In this document: positions 1 to 11,800 of the stretch, one piece after another
How positions within the stretch are numbered: the stretch's first letter is position 1
Layout: each line of letters starts with the position of its first letter
NCBI GenBank assembly: GCA_950097015.1
Contig: CATNEN010000039.1
Coordinates: 19,406,001-19,470,000, forward strand
Source of the DNA: Macrostomum hystrix
Lineage: Eukaryota; Animalia; Platyhelminthes
Length of the DNA: 64,000 nucleotides
Direction of reading: 5' to 3'
Made by a program: the position numbers and the translations under genes
Notes under the pieces: generated by a model
Database searches by the model: none
Told to the model about the DNA's origin: nothing
The model's input: only the letters and a program-made list of their open reading frames with translations

Positions 1-3000
1 ATGTTCACGCTAAGCGCGAATTTGAGTCCAGTTTATCATCGAGCAGCTATGTTTACCAGAGCAGGCTAGATTATTGCTTTAATAGGGTGAAATCCTTCAT
101 GCCGCTGGGCCTCAACAGTCTATTTGTAGCCGATCACCTGGTCGACTCCAGCAAGAAGGCCGTGAGTTACCTCAGTACTTTTCTTTGTTTACTGCCACTC
201 CCTCACTCTCATTTCTCATCGCCATACCTCTTCCCTTTGTCTACTCTAAATCTCTCTCATTGGTCATATCCTGATCGTTTCGCTTTCTGTCATTTAGGTG
301 GACAGCCTCTACAAGACTCTGCAAGCCAGCGTAGTTAGCGCCATCGACCGCTTGTCCTGGATTGACTCCGGCGCAAGGGCCAAGATGAAGGCTAAAATTC
401 AGGCTGTGGTGGACAAAATAGGATACTCCAGCTCTGAAATCGAGGACCAGTTTCTTGATGAATATTATAAGGAGGTAAACATCTTGAAATGAAAGTCCAC
501 CATATGGATCAAAGTTTCCGCCTATTACGATGAACTAACTCTCAAAGCGTTCCGAATTCAAAATCTTCAAGATATTCAGCCATTCTTATCGAAGACACTG
601 TTGACAAGGACAACTAGCATGGCTTTGTATAAAACTCCTTGACGAATACATATCGGCTAGATCATATTATTATTAACAATATTCTTGCGTTTGTTTGTTC
701 TTCCGTTCTCTAATTAGGATGTGCTGTATGAAGAAACTTGATTATTTTCAAGTCAGTAACCTCCATATGCCACTTTCAAATCCGTCAGCTCGCAGTCGAG
801 GGAGACTATCCAATGATGGACATCTCAATCAGCTGGCAGAATTTCAGGCGCCTGAAGCTGGGCTCATTGCTTGGCAGTGTGCAGCAGGCCTCTGAATGGA
901 GCGGCGCCACGTTTGATGTGGCACTCACAATGACGCCCAAATCTCAGTTAACAATACCGGCTGGAATCCTGCAGTGGCCATTTTTCTCCCAAAACCTGCC
1001 AGGATACATCAACTTTGCCACCATCGGACAGAGAATGGCGGCGGAGCTAATCAAGGCGGTGGATGCCACTGGTTTGCAACCGGGACGGGAGAAATTCAGG
1101 GTGTATAATCCCAAAGCGAGAATTTTAGGATACATCATAATAAAAATCCAAAAATAATGACTGTCATATGGACTGAAAATTCTGTAGAAACAAAGACCAT
1201 AGGTGAAGTGGGATAAAATGGTTAGTTGCATCCATTAGTTCATCGTCTTTTCAGTCTATATGTTTTAATGCTAAAACGGCCCTTTTTGGGACCTCCAAAT
1301 AAGAATTATCACGTTGTAGGATACCGAATCTAAAAGGGAGAATTCCAATCTAAATACCTCATTTAGGTTGTTAAGGACTAGAAATGGCTTGAGTAATTGT
1401 TAATTTAAGATAGGAGAACAAAGTAAACAAGATCCAGCTCAACACACTCCCCGATCAGGCCAGCGGACTGATCAACTGGGCAACTTAAATCCCATGTGGT
1501 CGGAGTCGACAAGCCGAGCCTACTTGGCCAAGGCGCAGTGCCTGAACTCCAGCTATGCTGGAATCAAGGCCGGGCCATATATTGTCGGCAATCGGACCTA
1601 TAACGTAAGAGCTTGTCCAACGTGTACGCTATTATCATATTCTAAATCAACGTTATACCAAACAAGTCTACACCATCATATCTTCAAATTGTACTGTTGC
1701 ATGATCCTATCAATGTACACCCTGTCTATGTTAAGATCTAATATGGATAATCTTTATAATTTTCCGCAAGCAATAGTATCGATTATCTAAACTCTTGACG
1801 ATACTACTTACTCCAGGAGACTGTCAGTAGTATGCGTCACTGTTATTTAATTCGCCCGTACATATACTCAGACACGGGTAATGCTCTATTCCAAAGCCCA
1901 CAGTTCAATCTTCCAATTAAATTCCAGGTTGACATTAGCCAGATTATTGTTCGGACCCTGCGTTCGGCAATAGCCGAAACGGACTCTCTCAGGCTAGTTG
2001 CCAGGGCCTACACCGATAGTCAGGAGGGCCGAAATGAACTGCCACTGCCGCTGGGACACCTCAACAAGATGCAGTCGCTGTTTGTGTCCTGGGCGCAGGT
2101 GACTAGAAGGATGATGCGATGTACTATTATGAGGCTGAGGATTGGGAGGTGGGAGGAATCGGGATTGTGCAGGTAGGTAGCATGACAAGCTATACCTCAG
2201 GTAGGCAGGATTAGGAAGGTAGGATTAGGGGGGTAGGATTAGGAGGGTAGGATTTGAAGGGTAGGATTAGGAGGTAGAATTAGTTAATAGGATTAGAAGG
2301 GTAGGATTAGGAGGTAGAATTAGTTAATCGGATTAGAAGGGTAGGATTAAGAGGTGGGATTAGGAGGGTAGGATTAGAAAGGTAGGATTAGGATTAGGAG
2401 GGTAGGATTGAAAGGGTAGGATTAGGAGGGTAGGATTAGGAGGGTAGGATTAGGAGGCTAGGATTAGGAGGCTAGGATTAGGAGGCTAGGATTAGGAGGC
2501 TAGGATTAGGAGGCTAGGATTAGGAGGGTAGGATTGAAAGGGTAGGATTAGGAGGGTAGGATTAGGAGGCTAGGATTAGGAGGCTAGGATTAGAAGGATA
2601 GGATTAGAAGGGTAGGATTAGGAGGGTAGGATTAGGAGGGTAGGATTAGAAGGGTAGGATTAATAGGGTAGGATTCGGTGGGTAGGATTAAGAGGTGGGA
2701 TTAGGAGGGTAGGATTCGGTGTGTAGGATTAAGAGGTGGGATTAGGAGGGTAGGATTCGGTGGGTAGGATTAAGAGGTGGGATTAGGAGGGTAGGATTAG
2801 GAGGGTAGTGTTCGGAGAGTGAGATTAGGAAGTTGGATTAGGAGGGTTGGAGCAGGAGGTTCAGTCGAGATGCATTTCTAATTGATGAGAACGTTGAACT
2901 GTTTTCAGACATACTGCTACAGTCGCGACCCTCTATATTCGTACATTAGAGGCTCATTAGCCTTGTTCATGCCGGAAGAAGTTCAGTAAGTGATTCGTGC

Positions 3001-3163
3001 ATTTTGAAACACATAATAGAGAAACGATAAACCGAATAATTTTTTTTATTTAAGCGTGAACGGCGTCGTGTCGATGATCCCAGAGTTCGCTTCGGCCTTC
3101 TCTTGTCCGGCTAATTCGGGCATGGTGAAACCTGGGGGCTGCGAATCGATTTTCTTCGCCTGA
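1..3163 (+). CDS. M13 (neprilysin/ECE-like) peptidase homologue, 3' part, predicted catalytically inactive
   Basis: Phase-compatible GT-AG exons <1-161, 298-474, 789-1071, 1459-1604, 1928-2098, 2909-2985, 3055-3163 (TGA). M13-type motifs: LSWID..AKMKAKIQAVVDKIGY, IPAGILQWPFF, GNLNPMWS..KAQCL, LFVSWAQTYC, PEFASAFSCPANSGM. AATAAA near 3291. Confidence 0.85.
2208..2850 (+). repeat. ~14-bp minisatellite (GGATTAGGAGGGTA) in M13 intron
   Basis: Tandem array seen directly. Confidence 0.95.
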
Positions 3164-3689
3164 ATCGGCTGTCATTGGCCAGTCTCTGCTTTGAGTTCTA
3201 TACACGGTCACCAGATTGTAAATGGTTAAAGCCTCATTATTCTCTCCGAGACTCACAGGCCTAATTTTGGAGTTAGCTACTAAAAAGTAAAATAAAAATA
3301 TAAATATGAAAAAAAAATTTGTGCGTTTAATGGCAAATAACTAATTTAAGTTACTCGCAGAAACCAATCAATAGTAATCAATCAATCAACCAATCAACCA
3401 ATCAACTAATCAACCAATCAATCATTTAAATCAACCAATCAATCAATGTTATGCTAGAAGTCAAGGCGAGTGTGTGCGAGCTACGAAACGCTTAAAGCCA
3501 GCGATGGGCAGAGAGCCGATATATATATATATATTATTGTTTAGTCAAGTGCAGTGAGCAATGTACATTGTACGCGTCAATGGGGGACTGGGGGGCAGGT
3601 GCACTGAGAGAGAAAGAGAAAGACTGCACGTCGGCTAGCCAGCATCGATCTCATTACACAACACTGTACACTTAAAAGTACACTGGAAA

Positions 3690-3937
3690 TAACCTCACTC
3701 CCCACACAGCCGTCAACACGGCCTGCGACTTTTATCCGAGTGTACATAGCCAACAACCTCACTCCACATGCAGTCGTCAACGCGGCCTGCGACTTTTATC
3801 TGAGTGTACATAGCCAACAACCTCACTCCGCATACAGCCGTCAACGCGGCCTGCGACTTTTATCCGAGTGTACATAGCCAACAACCTCACTCCACATGCA
3901 GTCGTCAACGCGGCCTGCGACTTTTAAATGAGTGTAC
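3690..3937. repeat. ~60-bp tandem repeat (about 4 units) with an inverted copy at ~4598-4672
   Basis: Unit AACCTCACTCC..GTCAACGCGGCCTGCGACTTTTATCCGAGTGTACATAGCC; reverse complement present at ~4598-4672. Confidence 0.85.
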
Positions 3938-4757
3938 AGCGAATTAATAAAAAATGCATAAAATGGATCAAATGCTAGTATTATAGTTAACGTCTATCAA
4001 ATTATAGACGATTAATTATCAGAAAATAATGTTTTCATCTCACCAGATTGGCAAGAAATGTTAGTTTTTCACTCATAATAGCAGACAAAGTTAAGATTGT
4101 GCACGGCTTGCAAGATAATTCGACAAGCATTGTTAAGCGATTGAAAAGTAAAAAAAACTTGCAATTAAAAAGAGTGCACAAAATTAGTTTAGCCAGTTTG
4201 CGACCCGCTTTTAATACATAGTCTATGGTCGAGACTCCAGAGTCTAATCATAATTAAAATATATACTACTCAAAGATATATTATAGCACTCTGCAGACTG
4301 TTAATTGTCTATGGTGACATCTTCATTTTTGACTCACTTATTGGCTAGACTATGCGACAATGAGGCACTAAATCACGATTGGGAGTGTAGCAATGCTCAC
4401 AAATCTATGTGCGTGGCTACACGACCAAGCCGCCGTTATGTTACATTGTTTTCTTTCCTTGCATCAATGCCATCATTTAAGTTTTTATTATTTTCTCAGC
4501 CTTTCATCTATGGTAGTGCTTAGTGCCGTTCCGGGGGTGTAGCCACTGAGTTTATAAGAGTATATACACTTATGTCTATGTCTATGTCTATGAGGTTGTT
4601 GGCTATGTACACTCAGATAAAAGTCGCAGGTCGTGTTGACGGCTGTGTGGGGAGTGAGATTGTTGGCTATGTCTATGTCATGAACTAGAGGTTTTATGAC
4701 TAGCTCTTTCATTTTTACCAGACTTACCATAGACTATTTCCTACGAAGCAGTGCTAT

Positions 4758-5296
4758 ATGGATAATGAGTTAAGGAAAGGAGATATACTAGATCTTCTCG
4801 ATTGTCTGACGAGTTGTGAATTTGACAAAGACCCGGCTTCGTCATTGAGACGCGATAATCTGGCGGAATCATAAGCGGACTTACCGGCGCCGAGATCGAG
4901 AAGCACATGGATGATTTCGACTTTGAGAAAGCTGCTGAAGCACTTTCTCTCGAGGATTTTGATCAGACGGTTGACGAGTTGGATAAGGAATGTTGCGTTG
5001 CCAGTTCCGAGAATCAAAAGAGGAGCTCATTGGAGCGACTGAATGACTTCATCGACGCGAATTGGATTTATTCAAGCTGACACCACGACGTGTCAACGCT
5101 CTGCGCCGGTTTATGTGCTACGCATTTTCTATGGGATTTTGAAGAAGGCCAACGGAGGTTTATACTCGCCAGCGAGCTTGCTGTGCATTCGAGCAGGACT
5201 CTATCGCTATTTTTAAGAAATCGGGCATTCAACATCATTTCAGAGAAGGAGTTTTTGGTGACTTTTAAGAACCTTGGCAGGAAGCTTAAAAGTTAA
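4758..5296 (+). pseudogene. Decayed Crypton/DUF3504-associated tyrosine-recombinase N-terminal fragment
   Basis: Frameshifted pieces: VLRIFYGILKKANGGLYSPASLLCIRAGLYRYF (5115-5213), then NRAFNIISEKEF in another frame. This resembles the L..FY...RK.DG..YSP.SL..IRA.L.R..FNII.D.EF pattern of Crypton/ZMYM/KCTD1-type proteins. An acidic segment lies upstream. Confidence 0.6.
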
Positions 5297-7133
5297 AACT
5301 TATCCGTGCAAAATACTCGTAATGCTATTGCTGCTCGGCATTGATGTACTGGACATAGACATGCACTATGCACTAATTATCATAGGTCATTTATTCCCCG
5401 GATAGACATTTTTATTTGATTCTGCGTGCAGAATTGATTTTGTCTATTGCAAATTCCCTTTAGGTCTACGAGTAATGCATCATTGGTGCAGGATCAAAAT
5501 TTATTTTAGACATCAAGCAAAAAATGGGTGAAAATGTTGTTAATATCATTACTAGCGTCTTTTTCGCTTGCCATCAGACGCTACTCAAATACAAATTCAA
5601 TGACGTTGCTGTCGCCATTGGCTCGAATCTTCAAATTATTCAGATTTTCCGGAATAAATCAACATTGTCTATGATTAATTGTCAATTGTCTATCTACTCG
5701 TATCTATTGTCAATAGATAAATATCGTCTACGGTTAAATAATGTTTTTCTGTTCTTAACTGCGGAGAAAGCTTTCTTCGTGAAATTTTGTCTATGGTTGA
5801 ACGTCCCTATGAGGCTTTGGGGCTCTACCCCCGCTAGCACCCTCCTTTTTGGTCTGCAGAATGTAGAATGGTAGAATTTTTAATTGTTTTGTTCGACTAA
5901 CATTTTTCGTTATTTTGAGTGAAAATACAAAGTATACATCATTTGCGAGCTATCTAACTGCCGAAAAAACGACAACCAGGTCCGCTTTGATTTCGTCGAG
6001 AATTCAGTTGACCAAGGCCCCCATACCTCCCCAACTGCAGCAGGGTTGTGTCGCAAGAAAATTTGACTTTGAAACTAGAAACTGAAAGAAATTTACCGAA
6101 AACAAATCTCCAGGGAATCGAAATGTGGCCTTCGACTGTCTGAAGATGCGAAAATTCTTTGCAATCTTAGAAATCTAATCCCTTCCATTATTGGAAGCCA
6201 TGAAGAGAGATTTGGGGAGAAAAACAACTTCGAAAATAACCAAATTTTGGATTTACTCGTATAAGAGACAGTGCGCTGCCGTGCAGGTGACAAGAAACCA
6301 CGCGACCTCTCACCGTAATACAATAATTAACCCGTTACATCTATCATCACTACTCCTTAGAATGGTTAGTCCAGCAACTGCTTTGTCAGCTTTAATTTTT
6401 ATATTCTGGGGCACCGGCAGCTGCACCTGTGGCCCGGTGATAGTTAGCAACACATTAAGTCCCGTTGGGCCATCAGGTGGCGATCAAGACGCGCTGCTAG
6501 ACCTCTTTGTGGATAATTTGGCAGGTGAGAAAAACTGTTGATTGCACTGAGAAATTATTGGTTTTCTATACAACACCTGATAAAGTTTAGTAAAAGCCTA
6601 AATTGCCTATACGAAAGTATTATTTGCCAATAGTTTTTTACCACCAGACACCCCGACCAGAATCATTGAATATATCGACGATGCTAATGTTTTGTGATTC
6701 TGGAAATTTGTTTCATCGTATAGAGCGAATAATTTTAGCCCGTGTTCTGGATTTCCATGGCGAATGGTTGAATATTTAAGGCGCTGCAGATGTACAAGTA
6801 TTTGCAATACCCAAAGTAATCAGGGTAACTATTGCAACAACTGGCGACCTTCTGAACTCCCAGGTGCAGTTGAAAAGAAGCGAAGTTACTCTCCGCTATT
6901 CTCGTTTCTCCGCAAGTCACTGGTGAGCCAAGCTGAACAGGAGATGGTCGAGACGACAAAGAAAAAGAGGAAGAGAAACTTCACCAACAACTAATAGACA
7001 ATGTCGCTAATTCTGTAAACGCCTGGAAGAATGTGTGTGACACGAAAGTTTTACTTCATTTCTGCTGCCGAATGACAAAAAATATCGATAAAATGACTCT
7101 ATGCTGTAAACTGTGTTGGAATATAAAATTAAA

Positions 7134-7258
7134 GGGGGAGCGAGAGGGTTAGGGACAGAAGGAGGGGAGAGCGGAGGAGGTGAGAGAAGGAGGGGAGAGA
7201 GGAGGAGGGGGAGAGAGAGGGAGAGGGAGAGAGAGAGCGGGAGAGAGGAGAGAGGACA
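7134..7258. repeat. AG-rich simple repeat
   Basis: Polypurine GGAGAG/GGAGG tract. Confidence 0.9.
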
Positions 7259-7319
7259 CTGCCCATTGAATTTAAAAAATCTAATGGTGGAATCGATTCC
7301 GATATGTATCGAAAAGATT

Positions 7320-7421
7320 TAAAGCCGGATTCGAACCAAGGCAACTCCAGACGCGTTTCGCTCTTGTTGGAGCTCATCAGTAGAGTCTAGCCTAGCGCTC
7401 TAGCCACTAGGCTATAGGCGA
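7320..7421 (-). ncRNA. tRNA-like Pol III unit (A-box and B-box) enclosing the hammerhead
   Basis: A-box TAGCCTAGTGG (7414-7404), B-box GGTTCGAATCC (7337-7327), TTTT at 7315-7312. No acceptor stem, so not a tRNA gene. Confidence 0.7.
7343..7387 (-). ncRNA. Minimal type I hammerhead ribozyme
   Basis: Minus strand reads GACTCTA-CTGATGA-GCTC-CAACAA-GAGC-GAAA-CGCG-TC-TGGAGTT: intact core, 4-bp stem II, palindromic ACGCGT stem III, GUC cleavage triplet, 7-bp stem I. Confidence 0.9.
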
Positions 7422-7544
7422 TTGTTCAAATCCAGCTGTCAATCTCAACATATCGTAATCGATTCGGCAGCACCCCGCAACTCAATCCATACTCACTCAA
7501 CTCCGTGGCACTGACTCGGTCGTACGAGACGCCGGTGCTGGCCT

Positions 7545-7950
7545 GAGGAGAGGGAGAGAGGGAGATAGAGAGGAGGGGAGAGAGGAGGAGGGGAGAGAGG
7601 AGGAGGGGAGAGAGGAGGGGAGAGAAGTAGAGGGAGAGGAGGAGGGGAGAGAAGGAGAGGGAGAGAAGTAGAAGGAGAGAGGAGGAGGGGAGAGAATGAG
7701 AGGGAGAGAAGTAGAAGGAGAGAGGAGGAGGGGAGAGAAGGAGAGGGAGAGGAGGAGGGGAGAGAAGGAGAGGGAGAGAAGTAGAGGGAGAGGAGGAGGG
7801 GAGAGGAGGAGGGGAGAGAAGGAGGGGAGAGAAGGAGAGGGAGAGAAGGAGGGGAGAGAAGGAGGGGAGAGAAGGAGAGGGAGAGAAGGAGGGGAGAGAA
7901 GGAGGGGAGAGAAGGAGAGGGAGAGAAGGAGGGGAGAGATTAGGAGGAGA
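7545..7950. repeat. AG-rich simple repeat
   Basis: Polypurine GGAGAGAAGGAGG tract. Confidence 0.9.
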
Positions 7951-8534
7951 GTGCAGGAGAAGGCGTTGGAATCCAAAGCAGTTGCAAAGCAAAACTACAA
8001 AGCGGACCTTTTCACAAGCAGAGAAATTTAAATTTGTCACCTGACTGATTAAACTCTGCCATTACAAATAAAGACAACGTTAATAACAGTTGCTATGCGC
8101 AGTGCAGCAAAAAATTAATTACGCTCGCGAAGAATGTAAAACAAGGCTCGCGTTGCTGACGAATTGACACCGAAAAATACCGTGCTGCAGGAAAGTCATA
8201 AAAAATTTACTTTTTTTCTCTAAGCGCGCTTTCAACGAATGCCGCCAGGGCAGGTGCAACTCAGGTCCATTTCTATTGTCTTTTTGAGCAGAAAAATTAA
8301 TTACTTTTATCCATATCTTTGGCAGTGCAGGCAGCTTTGAAGAACTCTAAGACCCTCCCGCCCGAAAGATGGGCTGTGAATAATATTTTCATTTGATAGA
8401 ATGAAGTGGACTCTTTCACGCTTCTAGACAATGCGAGCTAGAGCTGGGTATAACAAGAATTTTTTATGTGACGATTTTTAGTTTTGGACTTGTTTTTTGG
8501 TCACCTAGGTCACATTTGAGAAGGTTCTGATGTA

Positions 8535-9821
8535 CTGAGGAGACTGACTGAAGGCCTGAGGAGACTGACTGAAGGCCTGAGGAGACTGGCTGAAGGACTG
8601 TGGAGACTGACTGAAGGACTGAGGAGACTGGCTGAAGGACTGAGGAGACTGGCTGAAGGACTGAGGAGACTGGCTGAAGGACTGAGGAGACTGGCTGAAG
8701 GACTGAGTAGACTGACTGAAGGCCTGAGGAGACTGACTGAAGGCCCGAGGAGACTGGCTGAAGGACTGAGGAGACTGGCTGAAGGACTGAGTAGACTGGC
8801 TGAAGGACTGAGGAGACTGGCTGAAGGACTGAGGAGACTGGCTGAAGGACTGAGGAGACTGGCTGAAGGACTGAGGAGACTGACTGAAGGACTGAGGAGA
8901 CTGGCTGAAGGACTGAGGAGACTGGCTGAAGGACTGAGTAGACTGACTGAAGGACTGAGTAGACTGGCTGAAGGACTGAGGAGACTGGCTGAAGGACTGT
9001 GGAGACTGGCTGAAGGACTGAGGAGACTGACTGAAGGACTGAGGAGACTGGCTGAAGGACTGAGGAGACTGGCTGAAGGACTGTGGAGACTGACTGAAGG
9101 ACTGAGGAGACTGGCTGAAGGACTGAGGAGACTGGCTGAAGGACTGTGGAGACTGGCTGAAGGACTGAGGAGACTGGCTGAAGGACTGAGGAGACTGGCT
9201 GAAGGACTGAGTAGACTGACTGAAGGACTGAGTAGACTGGCTGAAGGACTGAGGAGACTGGCTGAAGGACTGTGGAGACTGGCTGAAGGACTGAGGAGAC
9301 TGACTGAAGGACTGAGGAGACTGGCTGAAGGACTGAGGAGACTGGCTGAAGGACTGTGGAGACTGACTGAAGGACTGAGGAGACTGGCTGAAGGACTGAG
9401 GAGACTGGCTGAAGGACTGTGGAGACTGGCTGAAGGACTGAGGAGACTGGCTGAAGGACTGAGGAGACTGGCTGAAGGACTGAGGAGACTGGCTGAAGGA
9501 CTGAGGAGACTGGCTGAAGGACTGAGGAGACTGGCTGAAGGACTGAGGAGACTGGCTGAAGGACTGAGGAGACTGGCTGAAGGACTGAGGAGACTGGCTG
9601 AAGGACTGAGGAGACTGGCTGAAGGCCTGAGGAGACTGGCTGAAGGACTGAGGAGACTGGCTGAAGGACTGAGGAGACTGACTGAAGGCCTGAGGAGACT
9701 GACTGAAGGCCCGAGGAGACTGACTGAAGGCCTGAGGAGACTGACTGAAGGACTGAGGAGACTGACTGAAGGCCCGAGGAGACTGACTGAAGGACTGAGG
9801 AGACTGGCTGAAGGACTGAGG
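8535..9821. repeat. 21-bp minisatellite (CTGAAGGACTGAGGAGACTGG)
   Basis: About 60 tandem units; source of the spurious QSFSQSP ORFs. Confidence 0.97.
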
Positions 9822-10244
9822 TTTAAGCAAGTTATAGAAGTAATTTCCAATAGTCAATTTAAAACACTAACAATAATTTTAGGTCAACAGGTTGGTTATA
9901 TTACCATTAATTGAAATATATATTTATATCTTCTGTATATTGACGTCTCTTTTAGGCATTTGAAATTACGAAGAAACAAAAATATGACACACATAGAGAC
10001 AGGTACGAGCGTACAAAACATTTGTATTTGCATATTGTGCTTATACACGTACAATAATATGTAGGAGAGTTACTGCAGTGAAAAAATGCACTGATCTCAC
10101 ACTGCTGTCGGAATGGAAGGGATATTGATTAACTCGATCAGTTTTGGCAAATTAGAACAGTTAAAACACTTGGGAAAAATCTAAAATAGTTATTTAAGAA
10201 GGCCCTGATGAAAATGTGTTAAAAGCTAAATCTGAGCGAACTTA

Positions 10245-11635
10245 TTAGGAGTGCCCAATAAAGAGTGAACTTTGTAGGAGTGCCCAATAAAGAGTGAACT
10301 TTGTAGGAGTGCCAAATGAAGAGTGAACTTTGTAGGAGTGCCCAATAAAGATTGAACTTTGTAGGAGTGCCCAATGAAGATTGAACTTTGTAGGAGTGCC
10401 CAATAAAGATTGAACTTTCTAGGAGTGCCCAATAAATATTGAACTTTGTAGGAGTGCCCAATGAAGAGTGAACTTTGTAGGAGTGCCCAATGAAGATTGA
10501 ACTTTGTAGGAGTGCCCAATGAAGAGTGAACTTTGTAGGAGTGCCCAATGAAGAGTGAACTTTGTAGGAGTGCCCAATAAAGATTGAACTTTCTAGGAGT
10601 GCCCAATAAATATTGAACTTTGTAGGAGTGCCCAATGAAGAGTGAACTTTGTAGGAGTGCCCAATGAAGTGTGAACTTTGTAGGAGTGCCCAATGAAGAG
10701 TGAACTTTGTAGGAGTGCCCAATAAAGATTGAACTTTGTAGGAGTGCCCAATGAAGAGTGAACTTTGTAGGAGTTCCCAATAAAGATTGAACTTTGTAGG
10801 AGTGCCCAATGAAGAGTGAACTTTGTAGGAGTGCCCAATGAAGAGTGAACTTTGTAGGAGTGCCCGATGAAGATTGAACTTTGTAGGAGTGCCCAATGAA
10901 GAGTGAACTCTGTAGGAGTGCCGAATAAAGAGTGACATTTGTAGGAGTGCCGAATGAAGAGTGACATTTGTAGGAGTGCCAAATGAAGAGTGACATTTGT
11001 AAGTGTGCCCAATGAAGAGTGAACTTTGTAGGAGTGCCCAATGAAGAGTGAACTTTGTAGGAGTGCCCAATGAAGAGTGAACTTTGTAGGAGTGCCCAAT
11101 GAAGAGTGAAATTTGTAGGAGTGCCCAATGAAGAGTGAACTCTGTAGGAGTGCCCAATCAAGAGTGAAATTTGTAGGAGTGCCGAATGAAGAGTGACATT
11201 TGTAGGAGTGCCAAATGAAGAGTGACATTTGTAAGTGTGCCCAATGAAGAGTGAACTTTGTAGGAGTGCCCAATGAAGAGTGAACTTTGTAGGAGTGCCC
11301 AATGAAGAGTGAACTTTGTAGGAGTGCCCAATGAAGAGTGAAATTTGTAGGAGTGCCCAATCAAGAGTGAACTCTGTAGGAGTGCCCAATCAAGAGTGAA
11401 ATTTGTTGGAGTGCCCAATGAAGAGCGAACTCTGTAGAAGTGCCCAATGAAGAGTGAGATTTTTTGGAGTGCCCAATGAAGAGTGAGCTTTGTTGGAGTG
11501 CCCAATGAAGAGTGAGATTTGTTGGAGTGCCAATGAAGAGTGAGCTTTGTTGGAGTGCCAATGAAGAGTGAGCTTTGTTGGAGTGCCCAATGAAGAGTGA
11601 ACTGTGTAGGAGTGCCGAACGAAGAGTGACATTGG
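10245..11635. repeat. 29-bp minisatellite (TTTGTAGGAGTGCCCAATGAAGAGTGAAC)
   Basis: Tandem array seen directly. Confidence 0.97.
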
Positions 11636-11800
11636 ACGGAGTGACTAAAAGCAGGAATGACTGAAATGAGACAAATCGAAGGAATGCTTTGATTGTGCCG
11701 ATAGAACCAAATCTGCACGGAATTGAAGACACAATATCTAAGCCAATAGTTTGTTAAAATATTTAAACTTCTGCTATCCAGATTGATCAAATTCAATGGA

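Noticed and set aside
2208-2850. Interstitial telomeric repeat
   Set aside because: Contains TTAGG but the period is about 14 bp, not (TTAGGG)n or (TTAGG)n.
8505-11796. Long ORFs of 200-450 aa (QSFSQSP and GTPTKFTLHWALLQ repeats)
   Set aside because: Translations of 21-bp and 29-bp minisatellites, open in several frames with no unique coding context.
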